Positions 39,905 to 53,545 of a stretch of DNA of 64,000 nucleotides are shown in pieces (the stretch's first letter is position 1; each line of letters begins with the position of its first letter). The position numbers and the translations under genes were made by a program. Source of the stretch: Octopus sinensis. Lineage: Eukaryota. The notes under the pieces are model-generated. The model made no database searches, had not been told where the DNA came from, and worked only from the letters and a program-made list of their open reading frames with translations. The stretch lies in the NCBI RefSeq assembly GCF_006345805.1, contig NC_043020.1, positions 19,282,001 through 19,346,000 of the forward strand, in the 5' to 3' direction.

Positions 39905-41863
39905 TATTATTTTTTTTTTTTTCTTCTTTCAGATTTGCTTCCATTTCTTGCTGAGCGTCTTCCCGACTCCTAGGGCAAAGAAACTCATAGTATACATTGG
40001 TAGGCCATTAAACCAAACTCAATATTTCGTTCATTTTTTTTTTTTTCTTAAGGTTAATTTAAAATACATGGGCAGTAACAGCTCTCACAGCGACAATGCT
40101 CTTCTCAATACGTGTGATGTACCAGTTAAGACAATCTTTTGCACTTCTTGCAGAGATGGTAAGCCAGGGATCATTCTCATATAATTTTCGGTTCCCTTCT
40201 TGATCATTCCTAGTGCTCCTACGATCACTGGTATTGTAACCGCCTTGAGATGCCACATTTTCTCAATTTCAATGAGCAGGTCTTTATATTTTCTGAGCTT
40301 GTCAAACTCTTTCGCCGAGATATTATGATCACAGGGGATGCTCATGTCGATCAATAAGCAAACTTTATTGTTTTTGTCTTTCACAACATTATCTGGTTTA
40401 TTGGCTTTGATGGTTCGGTCTGTATGTACTGGAAAGTCCCACAGAATCGTTACATTTTCTCCTTCAGTTACAGCTTCAGGGTGGTGATTATACCACTTGT
40501 CGGCAGTTTTGATATTGTAATGCCGACTTATTAGCCAGTGTAGATATTGGCCAACTCTGTCATGTCTTAATTTATACTCCACTGGTGCTAAGACTTTACA
40601 TCCAGAGATTAGATGGTCCACTGTTTCAATCATGTCATTGCAGAATCGGCATTTTGGGTCTGCTCCATTTTTCATTACATTGGCCTGGTAGTTCCGGGTT
40701 AATAGGCTTTGATCTTGAGCAGCCACGATGAAACCTTCGCTCTCTGCTTTTAGCCCTGAGCTCCGTAGCCACTGATGGGTTTGCTTCTGGTCAACATCAG
40801 CTTGTTTGCTACGGGCCACATATTTGCCGTGCAGAGGTTTCTCCTCCCACCTATCAGCCAATTGCTCGTGCGCTTTTTTCGTTGCCATTATTTTCACCTT
40901 CTTTGCAGCAATAATTGCCGTACTTCCCTCGGGTTGTTCAGTTTGGGTATCCTGCACGAGATCAATAGCAAATTTTTTGCTTTCTTTTATGATAGAATGA
41001 AGCTTCTTTCGTCTCTCATGATTTTCCACGAGCTTTAGCATCCAGTCATTCGTTATTTCAAGATATTTGGCCAGTCCAATTGTGGTTGTTTTGTAAGCTA
41101 GTTCAAATTGGATCAGGCCTCGACCTCCTTGGGCTCTTTACTTCACTCATATTCCAGTTCAACACATTGTAGCTATAAGTAACAACTGGAACTGCTAAGG
41201 AATTTATAGCTAACACCTTGTTACGTGCATTTAGTTCAGATTTCAGGACTGCACGAACTCTCCTATAATATTCCTTCCTGATTTTCTCTTTCATGCTTGC
41301 ATGCTGAATACCAGAACCTTCATTTATCTCTAAATATTTGTATGTTTGTTCTTGCTCAAGCTCTCTTATGACTGTGTCAACATCTAACACGACTGAATTT
41401 GTGGTCTTCACTTTCCCTTTCTGGAAAGTGGCCTTGGCACACTTCTCAAGCCCAAACACCATCCCGATGTCATCGCTGAATGCTTTCACAGTGCGCAATA
41501 GGCCTTCAAGTTCATTATTGTCTTTACCATAGAGTTTTAAGTCATCCATATAAAATAGATGGCTTATTTTTTTATTGGCAATTTTATACCCATACCCTGT
41601 TCTGTTTAATTCACTTGTAAGGGGTATTAGGGCTATGCAGAATATTAAAGGTGAAAGTGAGTCACCTTGAAAAATTCCACAGTTGATGTTTATATTTTCT
41701 GAGGCGAGTACTCCATTAGAGTGGTATAATTGGAGATTCGTATTCCACAACGACATATTGTGCTTCAGGAAGCTTGAAATCACAGGAGAAATTTTGAAGA
41801 TGTCCAGCGATCTCAAGATCCATGGATGCGGTATACTGTCGAAGGCCTTTTTATAGTCAATCC

Positions 41864-41864
<1 letters not shown>
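39905..41864 (-). mobile_element. R4/Dong-type RLE non-LTR retrotransposon, 5'-truncated, in a (TAA)n tract
   Basis: IDYKKAFDS, GIFQGDSLSP, YMDDLKLY (ORF 41103-41816); CRFC..ETVDHLISGC zinc knuckle, RHD and KPD..IDMSIP nuclease motifs (ORF 40085-41041); TAA repeats on both sides. Confidence 0.9.
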
Positions 41865-41956
<92 letters not shown>

Positions 41957-42026
41957 GTTGTTGTTGTCGTTATTGTTATTGTTATTATTATTGTTATTGT
42001 TGTTGTTGTTATTATTATTATCAGTA

Positions 42027-42061
<35 letters not shown>

Positions 42062-42069
<8 letters not shown>

Positions 42070-42270
42070 ATCAAATGCTTGTGCTGCATATTAGCTACCT
42101 TTCTCCATCAAATCGACGTTGTCTGAACAGGTGCACGGTAGAAGTGATCACAGAGCAACGTGAGGTGAAGTGTTTTGCTGAAGAACACAACGTACTATCC
42201 GGTCTAGGAATTGAAACCACGATCTCACGATCGTGAGAGAAACAACCTAACCACTCGGCCAAGCGTCTTG
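42062..42270 (-). mobile_element. tRNA-derived SINE, family C
   Basis: A box TGGCCGAGTGG, B box GGTTTCAATTCC, CORE-like TTCAGCAAAACACTTCAC; related to 47720-48002. Confidence 0.7.
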
Positions 42271-42769
42271 TTAGCAGTAACAACCTAACTAGACATAACA
42301 GCTTGAGTAGGGAGAACAATATGAAAACAATTAACTTGGTAATAATTGCATGGATAATAATACAGAAGCGTTCAAGCCAAGATGTATTAATACTATAGTA
42401 GCAATTAAGCCTAAATAGTGGAAATGCGAAATATCTAAGTAATGAATCTAAAGCAAATACTACTCAGCTTACCTGATTGGATTATTTAAGAAATTGGTTT
42501 TGTAGCCTTACTATATACATCAATGTTTCAGTAACAAACATCTCGAACGTAAGATTAGAAATGACCACAGATTAACATCACTCGTACAGAAGGATAAGTG
42601 ACAGAAAGATCACAACGACGTGATAGCAGGGATTACTGTTTTAGTTAGAAACTAATCTACAGAGAGAGCACCTCATATAACGACAGAACTAGGAAGAAGG
42701 AATATGGTTTGGTCCAGTCTATTGTCCGGCATTGATGTAGTCATCTAGATAGCCATAAACATTTTGTGA

Positions 42770-42935
42770 CTAGTAGGAGTGGCTGTGTGGTAAATAGCTT
42801 GCTTACGAACCACATGGTTCAGGATTCAGTCCTGCTGCGTGGCATCTGGGGCAAGTGTCTTCTACTATAACCTCGGGCCGATCAAAGCCTTGTGAGTGGA
42901 TTTGGTAGACGGAAACTGAAAGAAGCCCGTCGTAT
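42770..42935 (+). mobile_element. SINE family B head
   Basis: GGAGTGGCTGTGTGG..GGATTCAGTCC..GGGCAAGTGTCTTC..GAAAGAAGCCCGTCG. Confidence 0.8.
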
Positions 42936-42944
42936 ATTTTTAAT

Positions 42945-43012
<68 letters not shown>

Positions 43013-43302
43013 CAGGTATGTCATATTTTCCGTCTGTTGTCTTTTTATTTAATCCTGAAAATATTATTTAAATATTATTTCTGTAACGCACGCATTCATT
43101 AATTTTTTTTACCTATATATATATATAATTACATAATTAAAATACATATATATATATATATACATACATATTATGTAACAAAAATATATAATTATGTATC
43201 AAAAATTCACATAAGTGCCAAGGATGTTACAATTCTATATAGGTAGAAATTCCAGGGTTTATTAAAATGTTTTTAAACGCAGGTGTTATTCAAGTCTTTA
43301 TA

Positions 43303-43389
43303 CCTCCGACATATGTTTCGAAGAAAACATTGGTATTATTCCTGAGGGAATAAAATGATATAAAACAATGTAACCATCTCATCAAGGAA
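43303..43389 (-). ncRNA. Hammerhead-like motif with long stem II
   Basis: uucc-UUGAUGA-G..~57 nt..C-GAAAC(AUAU)GUC|ggag; palindromic stem III ACAUAUGU; C3 replaced by U. Confidence 0.55.
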
Positions 43390-44544
43390 AAAAGAGAAAT
43401 AAAACACATCAATAAGCCATTTTAACCGAATGGGAATACCACGTATATGATGAAGACAACGCTGGCAAGTTAATATATATATGTATACTCAAAATAAGCA
43501 ACAAGTATATCCGAGGTAATGTGGTACAATCGCTTCGTGCTACTTCATTTTATTAAACACTGTAAGTATTACATCAGTTTTAAAATGTCGAGCAATCTTC
43601 AACCACTTATAGAAATCTTCCAATGAAACGGACAATGCACATTCTTATCTCTATTTCGTTTGCCAACATTATAAAGAGAGTAGATACCGACAGAGAGGTT
43701 GATTTCATTCTTAAGAACATGATAGTATTAAATTTACTCTCTGACTGCATATATGGATACAGGACATCAAAAAAAAAAACGTTGAACACAATGAGAAACG
43801 AAAACATAAAAACAAAAACATAGAAATGAACTTTTTTTCGAACAACAAAAAAAAACAGAGAAACGAGACATACAACATAAAGAATATTCCCCTTCTTCAG
43901 TTGTCCTTGTTTCAACTACTCCACGTTACGAAGGCATGGACAAGACGCGACGTCGTTGAAACAATCCTTCCCGCAAAGCAAATTAAATAAAATTTGGGAT
44001 GCTTTGCGGAGGGTGAAAGTGGTACCAAGAACAGGACAGTGAGAACAAAACAGTAAAAGCAATAAAAAAAAAGAGAACAAAACAGTAAAAACAAACGGTG
44101 AGGGCTATTAAGCCAAGACTTTGGAAAAATTATTCTGAACGTTTAGGAAGACGAGCTTATGAAGGAGACAGAATAAGCACGTTTAGTCTTTACGAAGGTT
44201 GTGGTTAGAAAGGTAGATTCTTTTTCGTCACGTGTCGGTGACGAGAGAGTCGTGAAAGAGGAGTGAGAGAGAGGGTACAGTGAAGAGGAGAGGAGAAGAA
44301 TAGGAAAGGGTGGGAGGGAAAACCAGAAAGGATGAAGAACAAGAGAGGGAGAGAGATAGACAGAGAAGAGATAGTAAAGATATAAGAGAGCGCATCGTAA
44401 TTATTATAATACAACTTACTTGGAAAAAGATGCGTGGCGTTCGGTTATATAATAATATAAATAATATATAAATATATGCATATATACATACATACATACA
44501 TACATATATATATATATATATTAACTTTACAACTTGTCTCTTGC

Positions 44545-44735
44545 TGATTGTTGCTCGGCCCACAACAGGTTCTACCTACGAATGACGGCACACTGGCTAC
44601 ACTCCAAGACCCGCACGAGACGACACACCGTCCTGACCTGCTCTCGACTCAGAGGACGTCACACTTTTGATGTTCTCTCCCAAGCCATAGTGGACACCCA
44701 TTACGTGTTCCATCGGCAAGACAGGGAATACCCAC
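44545..44735 (+). pseudogene. hAT transposase fragment (first catalytic Asp region)
   Basis: ADCCSAHNRFYLRMTAHW..LTCSRLRGRHTFDVLSQAI resembles hAT (T)DxWTAHxRSYLGMTAHW..LACRRLKGRHT. Confidence 0.7.
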
Positions 44736-45769
44736 CAACTAATTTTCCATCATAATTTATTTGAACCAGTAACTTTAAAAACAAAAATTTCATTTCATTT
44801 TACAAAAGCAAAAATTCAAATTTCACCAAATAATCAACGTTTACACACAGGTTGATCAAGTTAGACAAGTTTTTAAAAAATGTGTGGTGAGGGGTGGAGT
44901 AAAATTGAAATATGTATATTTTTGCAAAATCATAAAACATAGTAATCCAAAAAATTTTCTATGTATTTTACTCCATAAAAATTTTCAAAAATGTAAAACA
45001 TGAAGAATTTGGGTGGGGTGGGGGTAAATTTGAAATTTTGAAGTGGTGATTTTTGGCGGGGGTATCGGGTGGGGTCGAGTTGGACAAAAAGAGGTACCCC
45101 AATAGAAAGTTTGAACATTTCCTTGTTCAAATAGCTAAACGATATAGGTTTTGAATTCACACAAATGCGCGACTCATACTTTTTTTGTAAATCTACACCG
45201 TATGAAAAATATATGGAAAACATTTTATTAATAAATATCCATTTTTCTGAAAGTTATGAGGAAACAAAGTCGAGGATCCACAGGAATGCCTACAAAGTAT
45301 GTAGAGTTTGTCGGAGATTCGGCTGTTATTTCTAGCATGTGAAGAAACTGCTTGAAAGCCTATTTAACGCGCGGATTGGAAAAAGCCTACGCATGCGCAA
45401 TGACCGAAAGGATTTAAAGACACCCTGCATATACCGTACATTCGCGTGGGGTGGGGGAAGGATTACTATTTTCTTTTCTTTTTTTTTTTTGAAAAATTGA
45501 AATTTGAAAAAAAAAGTTTTTCAGAATCATAATCACCATATTTTTCCACGCATTTCGCCAAAAATAATTCTGAAAAAAGTGAAAATGAAGAAATTGCGAT
45601 AGTGGTGGTGGGGGTGGAATTTAATTTTTTTTACAGATTCGGAATCTCCGTAGCCGAAAATGTGGGTTTCTGCAAAAAGAAAAAAATGAAAAAAGAAAAA
45701 AAAAACAATGCATGGTGTGGCTAGCGTCCACCATGTCCGCCCCGTTTTTGAGGGTTTCAGAGCCAAAAA

Positions 45770-45901
45770 ACCAAATTTATATGATAAAAGTTAGCGATTA
45801 TCTTTTAGCGTTAGCGTCCGTAATTGTTTTTGTTTGTTTTTACCTGTTTAGCGGTTTAGAGTTTGCGAAGCTAAATTTTTGGTTAGCTGTGCCCATCACT
45901 G
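45770..45901 (+). mobile_element. hAT-like terminus with TTAGCG subterminal repeats
   Basis: End reads CAGTGATGGGCACAGCTAACC on the reverse strand; partner TIR not seen. Confidence 0.55.
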
Positions 45902-45933
45902 TATATATGAATGCATGTATATGTATGTATGTG

Positions 45934-46011
<78 letters not shown>

Positions 46012-47012
46012 GGTATGTAGAAAAATACAACATGGACAAGAACGTATAACTCTTAGAAGACGATACAATAAACATGGACAGGACATTCGAACCCCTCAGT
46101 CTTCAGTCAAGAACCGGATCATCGTAGTAATTTCGGCTGATTAATCTTGAGATTACTAGATCACGGCCAGCCCTCCAAGAAAAACTAAGCAACGAGCATT
46201 AGAAAAACTAAGCTGGAAGCGTAGATTTCCTGGAAGAAGGATCGAATGCATACGAACACCAGGACAGCAAAAGGGACAGATATAAAAAAAACAAAAAAAC
46301 AAAAAAACAATAATGGAATACAGAAACATGAATTACAGAAGCATAACGGTGAAAACAACAAGTGTCTTACGACTGATAACAAGCAAACAATTTTTTCTCT
46401 GGCGCATTGGAAAAAGCCTTTTTATAGCGGCGGACGAAAAACAACGATGTTAACACGACGAGGGTCAGGAGCTGAAAGGCAGATTTCGGCCAACAGTCAC
46501 GTGACAGAGAAGAGGGAAAAGAAAAGAAAGAGAAGCAAAGGAAGAGAGAGAGAGAAAGGGGAACAAAACGCAACAAAGAGAGAGAAAGAAGGAATCAGAG
46601 AGGAGAAGGGATGGGTGTCGAAGAATGACCTGTGAGTGCAGAGCGAGACAAAGAAATAGGAGGGTAGTGGAAGACTAGACCAAAGGATCAGAGGAAAGAG
46701 AAGATGAATAGAGAGAAAAGAGAGAGAGAGAGGGGGACAGATCAAGTAAAAATGAGAGAGAGAGAGAGACAAACAGAGAGTCGTACCAATTATTAAGAAT
46801 ATATATATACATGCATATACATTACATATGCATACATACATGCATTCATATATATGTATGTGTCTGTGTATGTATATACGTATATGTGCGTGTATGTGTG
46901 TGCATATATGTATGTATATATATATATATATATAACTGCATGTATGTATATGTATAAATATATATGTATTATGTTTATGTATACATATAGATATAGATAT
47001 GTATATATATAT

Positions 47013-47059
<47 letters not shown>

Positions 47060-47062
<3 letters not shown>

Positions 47063-47272
47063 ATCCAAACATGAAAACACAAAGAGAAAACACAACAACG
47101 CGAGGATGTGGAACAAATATAGAATTATTGGACGCTCAGGAAGGAAGGGAAGAAGGAGGATTTAACGTTCCGAGCGGAGCTCTTCGTCAGAAACATAGGA
47201 AAAGGAAAGATCCAAGGAAGGGAAGACGGAGGAAAACATTCGCCAACGGTACACACGCGGTCACATTTTGAA
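47060..47272 (-). mobile_element. Family H1 short element, copy 3
   Basis: Reverse complement aligns with 58-250; lies between (TA)n tracts. Confidence 0.6.
47160..47194 (-). ncRNA. Variant minimal hammerhead motif
   Basis: guuu-CUGACGA-A-GAGC(UCC)GCUC-GGAAC-GUU|aaau; A13 is mutated to G. Confidence 0.55.
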
Positions 47273-47719
47273 TGTATATCTATATATATATGTGTATATA
47301 TATATATATATATATCAACAAACATACATACATACATACATACATGCATACATACATACATGCATACATACATACTACAAGCATACATACATGCATGCAT
47401 ACATACATACATACATACATACATACATACATACATACATACTACATGCATACATACATGCATGCATACATACATACATACATACATACATACATACATG
47501 CATGCATGCATGCATGCATACATACATACATACATACATACATACATACATACATACATGCATACATACATACATGCATACATACATACTACATGCATAC
47601 ATACATGCATGCATACATACATACATACATACATACATACATACATACATACATACATACATACATACATACATACATACATACATACATACATACATAG
47701 ATGCATGCATACATACATA

Positions 47720-48231
47720 GTGTCATAGTCGACATGCGAGGATTCCGCAATTTCTTGCTGAACGCCCTTCACAAATGGTTTGATTGTGGCGATCAAACGT
47801 CTTTGCCACACGTTGTCTTTCTCTCTCCATCAACTCAACGTTGCCCGTACTGATGCGCCGTATGCCACATATCAGATGCCGAAGTGATTGTAGAGCCGCA
47901 ACGTGAGGTGAAATGTTTCGCTCAATAACACAACCAACGGGATTCGATCCAACGCTCGGGCGATCGCGACGGCAACACATTAACCACAAGGCCATGCGCC
48001 CTCATATCGGTTTCAAATTTTAACACAATGGCAGTACGTTCTTGGAAAAGTATTAGTCGATTAAATCGACCCTAGTGATAAACATTTGTTTATTTTATCG
48101 ACCCGAAATGGTTGCAAGGCAAAATCGTCCTCAGCGGAATTTGAACTCTAAACGTAAGGACGGACGAACCGCCACAAAGCATTTTAACCGGCGCAGTAAC
48201 GATTCTCTCAGCTCGCCGCCTTAATGTGACC

Positions 48232-48267
<36 letters not shown>

Positions 48268-48560
48268 TTATGCACCCTTTTCAAGCCTAGCCAGGCTCAC
48301 GGGCCCGGTTTCCCGGTTTCTGTGGCGTATGTGTTCCCCCCAGCTGAATGGGACACCAGTCCATCGCAGCGTTACTCAAGAAACAGGAAGAGAGAGTGAG
48401 AGAAAGTTGTGGCGAAAGAGCACAACAGGGGTCGCCACCAGTCCCTGCCGGAGCCTCGTGGGGCTTTTAGGTGTTATCGCTCAATAAACACACACAATGC
48501 CCGGTCTGGGAATCGAAACCGCGAGTCTGCTGCCTTAACCGCTGGGACATTGCGCCTCCA
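47720..48560 (-). mobile_element. SINE cluster: family C-like (47720-48002), family A (48005-48222), and a further tRNA-derived SINE with a (TTTA)n tail (48230-48560)
   Basis: tRNA-like heads on the minus strand (e.g. GGAGGCGCAATG..GGTTTCGATTCCCAGACC) and family-specific bodies. Confidence 0.75.
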
Positions 48561-49085
48561 ATGCGACCTTATATTAATACATATATATATACAGCATGCA
48601 TGTATGTATACATTATTGTATGTATATGTGAATATGTGTATAAGTGTGTTTGAGTGTTTGTATTCATTTACAGACATATTCATTTAACCACTCAGAAAGG
48701 AACACAAATTCACAGATTTATAAACATCAATGGACACTGACATCCCTTATCAAGTTTACATTATATACACCAGTTCTGAGACGCACATGCCGCCATACAT
48801 GTACACTCACACAAAATATTTGTAGATACATATATACACACATAAAATTATGCACACCCCCTATCTCCCACACATATATATATGATCGTGTTTGTGTGAA
48901 TGTCTGTGTGTATGTGTATATATTTGTGTGTATGTATATACATATATGCCTATGCGTATATATGTGTATGTGTACATGTGTGTATACATATATGTCTATG
49001 TATATGTGTGTGTGTGTCTGTGAATATGCCTGTGTTTGTACATATATTTGTATGTAATTGTGTATATGTGTGTGTGTGTGTGTAA

Positions 49086-49117
<32 letters not shown>

Positions 49118-49577
49118 AAGTGTGTGTGTGTGTATGTGTGTGTATTTATTGGCTCGTAGACGTATGCGTATATATGTGTGTATATAATGAAATCATATGA
49201 AAAGAAGCGGGTTGATGATTCTTTTGATGTTGGCGCCCGATGCAGAGGCAATGGACCGACCTTCAATTATTCGCTAAACAGACTGTAGCACACTTCAGCT
49301 TTGGAAACGAAGTCTTTGGTTTCGTTCTTGACAGCAGGTACCAGACGTATGAACGATCAAAGACTTCTCCCTCCAGCCAAATACCAACACCATTCAGTGT
49401 GCGTACAAGTTGTTTGTCTCTTAATTTCTTTCTTTCTTTCCTTCTTTCTTTCTTTCTATCTTTCTTTCTATCTTTCGATCTTTCTCTTTCCTTACACACA
49501 TACACTCATATACACCCATCTGTGTGTAGTACATATATGCGTGTGTGCATAATATATATATATACACATACACACAC

Positions 49578-49617
<40 letters not shown>

Positions 49618-49867
49618 CACACATAGATATATAGATATACATATCTATATATATACATACATAGATATATAAAATATACACACGATACAAATATATGTAC
49701 GAGTATATATCATTATTATTATTATATTATTATTATTATTATTAATATTATATATGTGTGTGTGTAAATAAAAATATACTTACACATAAACATATATATA
49801 GGCATTTAGACAAACATGCACATATATATGTAAATGTATATGTATATAAATATATACATATATATGG

Positions 49868-49900
<33 letters not shown>

Positions 49901-50018
49901 ATATATGTATATGTATTTATATACATACATACATACATACATACATACATACATTCATACGTACATATATACATACTTGCATACATACATATTACAACTT
50001 GCAAGCGTACATACATAA

Positions 50019-50077
<59 letters not shown>

Positions 50078-50673
50078 CTAATAGACATATATGAATGTGT
50101 GTGTGTGACCGTTTTGATATTTCATCTGAAATTTTTTACGACATCCGTTGAGAAAAATTATAGACGCGTGTAGTACGTGTAGTAATAATTATAAATTTTG
50201 GCTAAAGGCAGTGCATAATCTATCGAAAATGATTTAATCGACTCCAGTACTTGACTGGTACTTATTTAATTGACACCTCACCCCCGTGAAAAGAATGGTG
50301 AAGTTGGCCCCAACAGATTTATAAAGACAAAAAGTTTTGCGGTGCACGCATGAACTTCCGCCATTGTTAGATAATGACAAAGTAAAAATATTGAGAAAGT
50401 TTAGCATTCAGCGAGGAAACCTCCCGATAGCACGTGACAAGCCTGACATCATTTTTCTTGACGGAAATATCGATTATGTACAAAAAAAGTCTGCTAACAG
50501 AGGAAGGTAGTAAGGACGTGTGGGAAAGAAATTCGCTTTGCAGCCACATGGTTTCGGTTTTCAGTCCAACTACGCAGCACTTCGGCGGCAAGTGTGTTCT
50601 AATAGTGCCTCGGGCAGATCAATGCCTTGCAAGCGAATTTGGTTGACAGAAACTGTGTTGAAGGCGAGCTTTG

Positions 50674-51090
50674 CAGAATCATTAGCACGCCGGGTGAAAT
50701 GCTTAGCAGTATTTCGTCAGCCGCTACGTTCTGAGTTCAAATTCCGCCGAGGTCGACTTTGCCTTTCATCCTTTCGGGGTCGATAAATTAAGTACCAGTT
50801 ACGCACTGGGGTCGATGAAATCGACTTAATCTCTTCGTCTGTCCTTGTTTGTCCCCTCTGTGTTTAGCCCCTTGTGGGTAATAAAGAAATAGGTATTTCG
50901 TCTGCCGTTAGGTTCTGAGTTCAAATTCCGCCGAGGGTGACTTTGCCTTTATTCCTTTCGGGGTCGATAAATTAAATACCAGTTATGCACTGGGGGAGGG
51001 GGGTTCGTTGTAATCGACTTAATCCCTTTGTCTGTCCTTGTTTGTCCCCTCTGTGTGTAGCTCATTGTGAGAAGTAAAGAAATAAGAAGC
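50674..51090 (+). mobile_element. SINE family A with a tandem dimer body
   Basis: Head followed by two ~185-bp units, each TTCTGAGTTCAAATTCC..CCCCTCTGTG..AAAGAAATA. Confidence 0.8.
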
Positions 51091-51785
51091 TTACTTAACA
51101 AACACATGGTACCGGGTTCACTCCCACTGCGTAGCAACTTTATGCAAGTGTCTTCTGCTACAGTCTCGGGCTGACCAAGGCCTTGTAAGTGGATTTGGTA
51201 GACGGAAACTAAAAGAAACCCATCGCATATGTGTGTGGGGGTGGGTGTTCCCACCACCGCTCGACAACCGGTACTGGTGTGTTTACATCCTCGTAATCTA
51301 ACAGTTCGGCAAAAAAAAAAGACCGATAGAATAAGAACCAGGCTTTAAAAAAATTATTGACATCGATTTATTCGACTAAAAAGTCTTCAGTGCGGTGCTC
51401 CAGCACGGCCACAGTCTAATGACTGATGCGAGTAAGAGATAAAAGATAAAAGGCACGATGATGTAATATAACGACAGTCCCGCACTCGTGTGAGTGGACT
51501 TGGTAGACGGAAACTGAAAGAAGCCCGTCGTATATATGTACATATATATATATATATATTATATGTATGTGTATGTATATGTTTGTGTGTCTGTGTTTGT
51601 CTCCCCAACATCGCCTGACAACCGATGCTGGTGTGTTTACGTCCCCGTAACTTAACGGTTCGGCAAAAGAGACCGATAGAATAAGAACTAGGCTTACAAA
51701 GAATAAGTATTTGGGTCGATTTGCTCGACTAAAGGCGGTGCTCCAGCATGGCCACAGTCAAAATGACTGAAACAAGTAAAAGAGT
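51090..51785 (+). mobile_element. Two SINE family B bodies in tandem
   Basis: GGTAGACGGAAACT..GACAACCG..GACCGATAGAATAAG..CAGCAYGGCCACAGTC twice. Confidence 0.75.
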
Positions 51786-53014
51786 ATAAGAAAATTGTTT
51801 TCACACTTCAGAGGTTATTATAATCAAGTCCGTTATGTATACGCATGTGCCGCCTTGCAGGTTCCGATCACTTGTTCCTTACATTTATCATGTTTGTTTT
51901 CTCCTACATTTGCTTTGTATATTATAATCAGTAATACTACGAAGTAGGATAGTAACCAAGTCACTATACACGACGGGACTTTGATAAATTTATTCAATTT
52001 GAAAGATATTTCAATCTTACGAATCCAGTGACAACGTTTAAATGGATTTATTTCTATTAAGTCTGTGCAATATAACATCCTGTCACTACAAGGAATTAGA
52101 GTAATTTGAAATTACAAAAGAGAAGGCCGAAGCAAACATTGCATAGAATTCAAAAGCAAAAACGCTGTCTAATTTGAAGCAAAAATGTAATCAATAAGAG
52201 AATAAAACCATATTCTTTTTTTATGAATAATGGTTCTCGAAATACATCACATACAGCCATAATGAATAGGATGTAAATATTAAAAAGAAAAAGTCCCTCA
52301 GGAAGCCTTCGACTTCTTTTTTTTTCTTTCATCCAAAAGGGTTTTTCAACGTGTTATTCTTTACAATTGCTTGTGATGTGCTTCGACAACCATTATTTCA
52401 AACAATTATTTCCCGTGTTAAACTAAATATAGAGACGTTTAACGTGTTGCATTAAATAGAGAGACGTTTAGCTTCTCACATTAAATTCTGATGCGTTTAA
52501 CGTGTTACATAAAACACAGAAGCGTTTAACGTGTCCAACTGAAGACTGTAAAGAATTTTCTTACGGCCTTTTTTCTTTTTCATTCATCACGCCTTGGCTT
52601 CGATTCAGTTTCCTTCCTGAGAAAGGGTGAGTGGAGCGGCGTGGGGTAAGTTTGATGAGGAATGAAAGTGTCGGAGAGGGGTGTATGTTGAGGAAGTGTG
52701 TGTAGGGGGCATGTCGGTGAGAAAGCGTGTTTGTGCATGTGTGCATGAAAGTGTGTTTATTGGGAGCACAGATGGCGGGAAAGTGTAGGGTGTGTGTGTG
52801 AGAGAGAGGGGGGAGATTTGTAGGGGCATCGGTGTGTATACGTGAAAGTGCATATGGGGATTTTTACGGAGGAAAGTGTGTGGGGGGAAGTGAATAAGTA
52901 CATCAGGAAGAGAATATGGGCAAGTGGGAATGTATGGGGGGGGGGAGGCGGAAGTGTCTAAGTGAAATACTATTGGGAGAAAAAGTGGGAAGGGGAAGGT
53001 GAAATGTATATTCT

Positions 53015-53235
53015 TTCATTCTCTTGTTTCAGTCATTTGACTGCGGCCATGCTGCAGCACCGCCTTGAAAGGTTTTAGTCGAAGGACTCGATCCCAGGAC
53101 TCGATCCCAGGACTTATTCTTTGTAAGCCTAGTACTTATTCTATCCATCTTATTTGCCGAACCGCTAAGTTACGGGGACGTAAACACACTAACACCGGTT
53201 GTCAAGCGATGGTAGGGGCGAAAAACACAAACACC
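53015..53235 (-). mobile_element. SINE family B tail
   Basis: Reverse complement of 51600-51785. Confidence 0.75.
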
Positions 53236-53545
53236 AAGACACACCTACATAAATATATACATACAGTCAATTGGAAGAAGTTAGAACCCCATTAGGGATT
53301 AGATAATCCAAAAGATTCCACCGTTAATCACTACTATATAATGCGAAAGTTACTGCTATACGTTACGGAATCATTGTAGTGATACATATTATAAATATTG
53401 AAGGAAAGAAAGTGGAGAGAAATGGATGCGTGGATAATTTACTTGTATGATATAAAAATGTTGGAATTGTTTTTTTTTTAAAGAGTAACAATACAAATAA
53501 ATTATAAGTTGTAAAGATAAAAAAATGTGAAAAAAAAACTACATA

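Noticed and set aside
43620-43735. RExxFIxKxxxxLN peptide resembling a GIY-YIG C-terminus
   Set aside because: Too short and without upstream motifs; could be chance.
46085-46190. Hammerhead-like GGCTG..CAGCC-GAAA and a nearby CTGAAGA on the minus strand
   Set aside because: The core preceding stem II (CTTGGAG) and stem III do not fit; too degenerate to call, though a consensus might restore it.
52420-52550. Four or five degenerate ~29-bp CGTTTAACGTG repeats
   Set aside because: Ordinary decayed minisatellite with no further structure.
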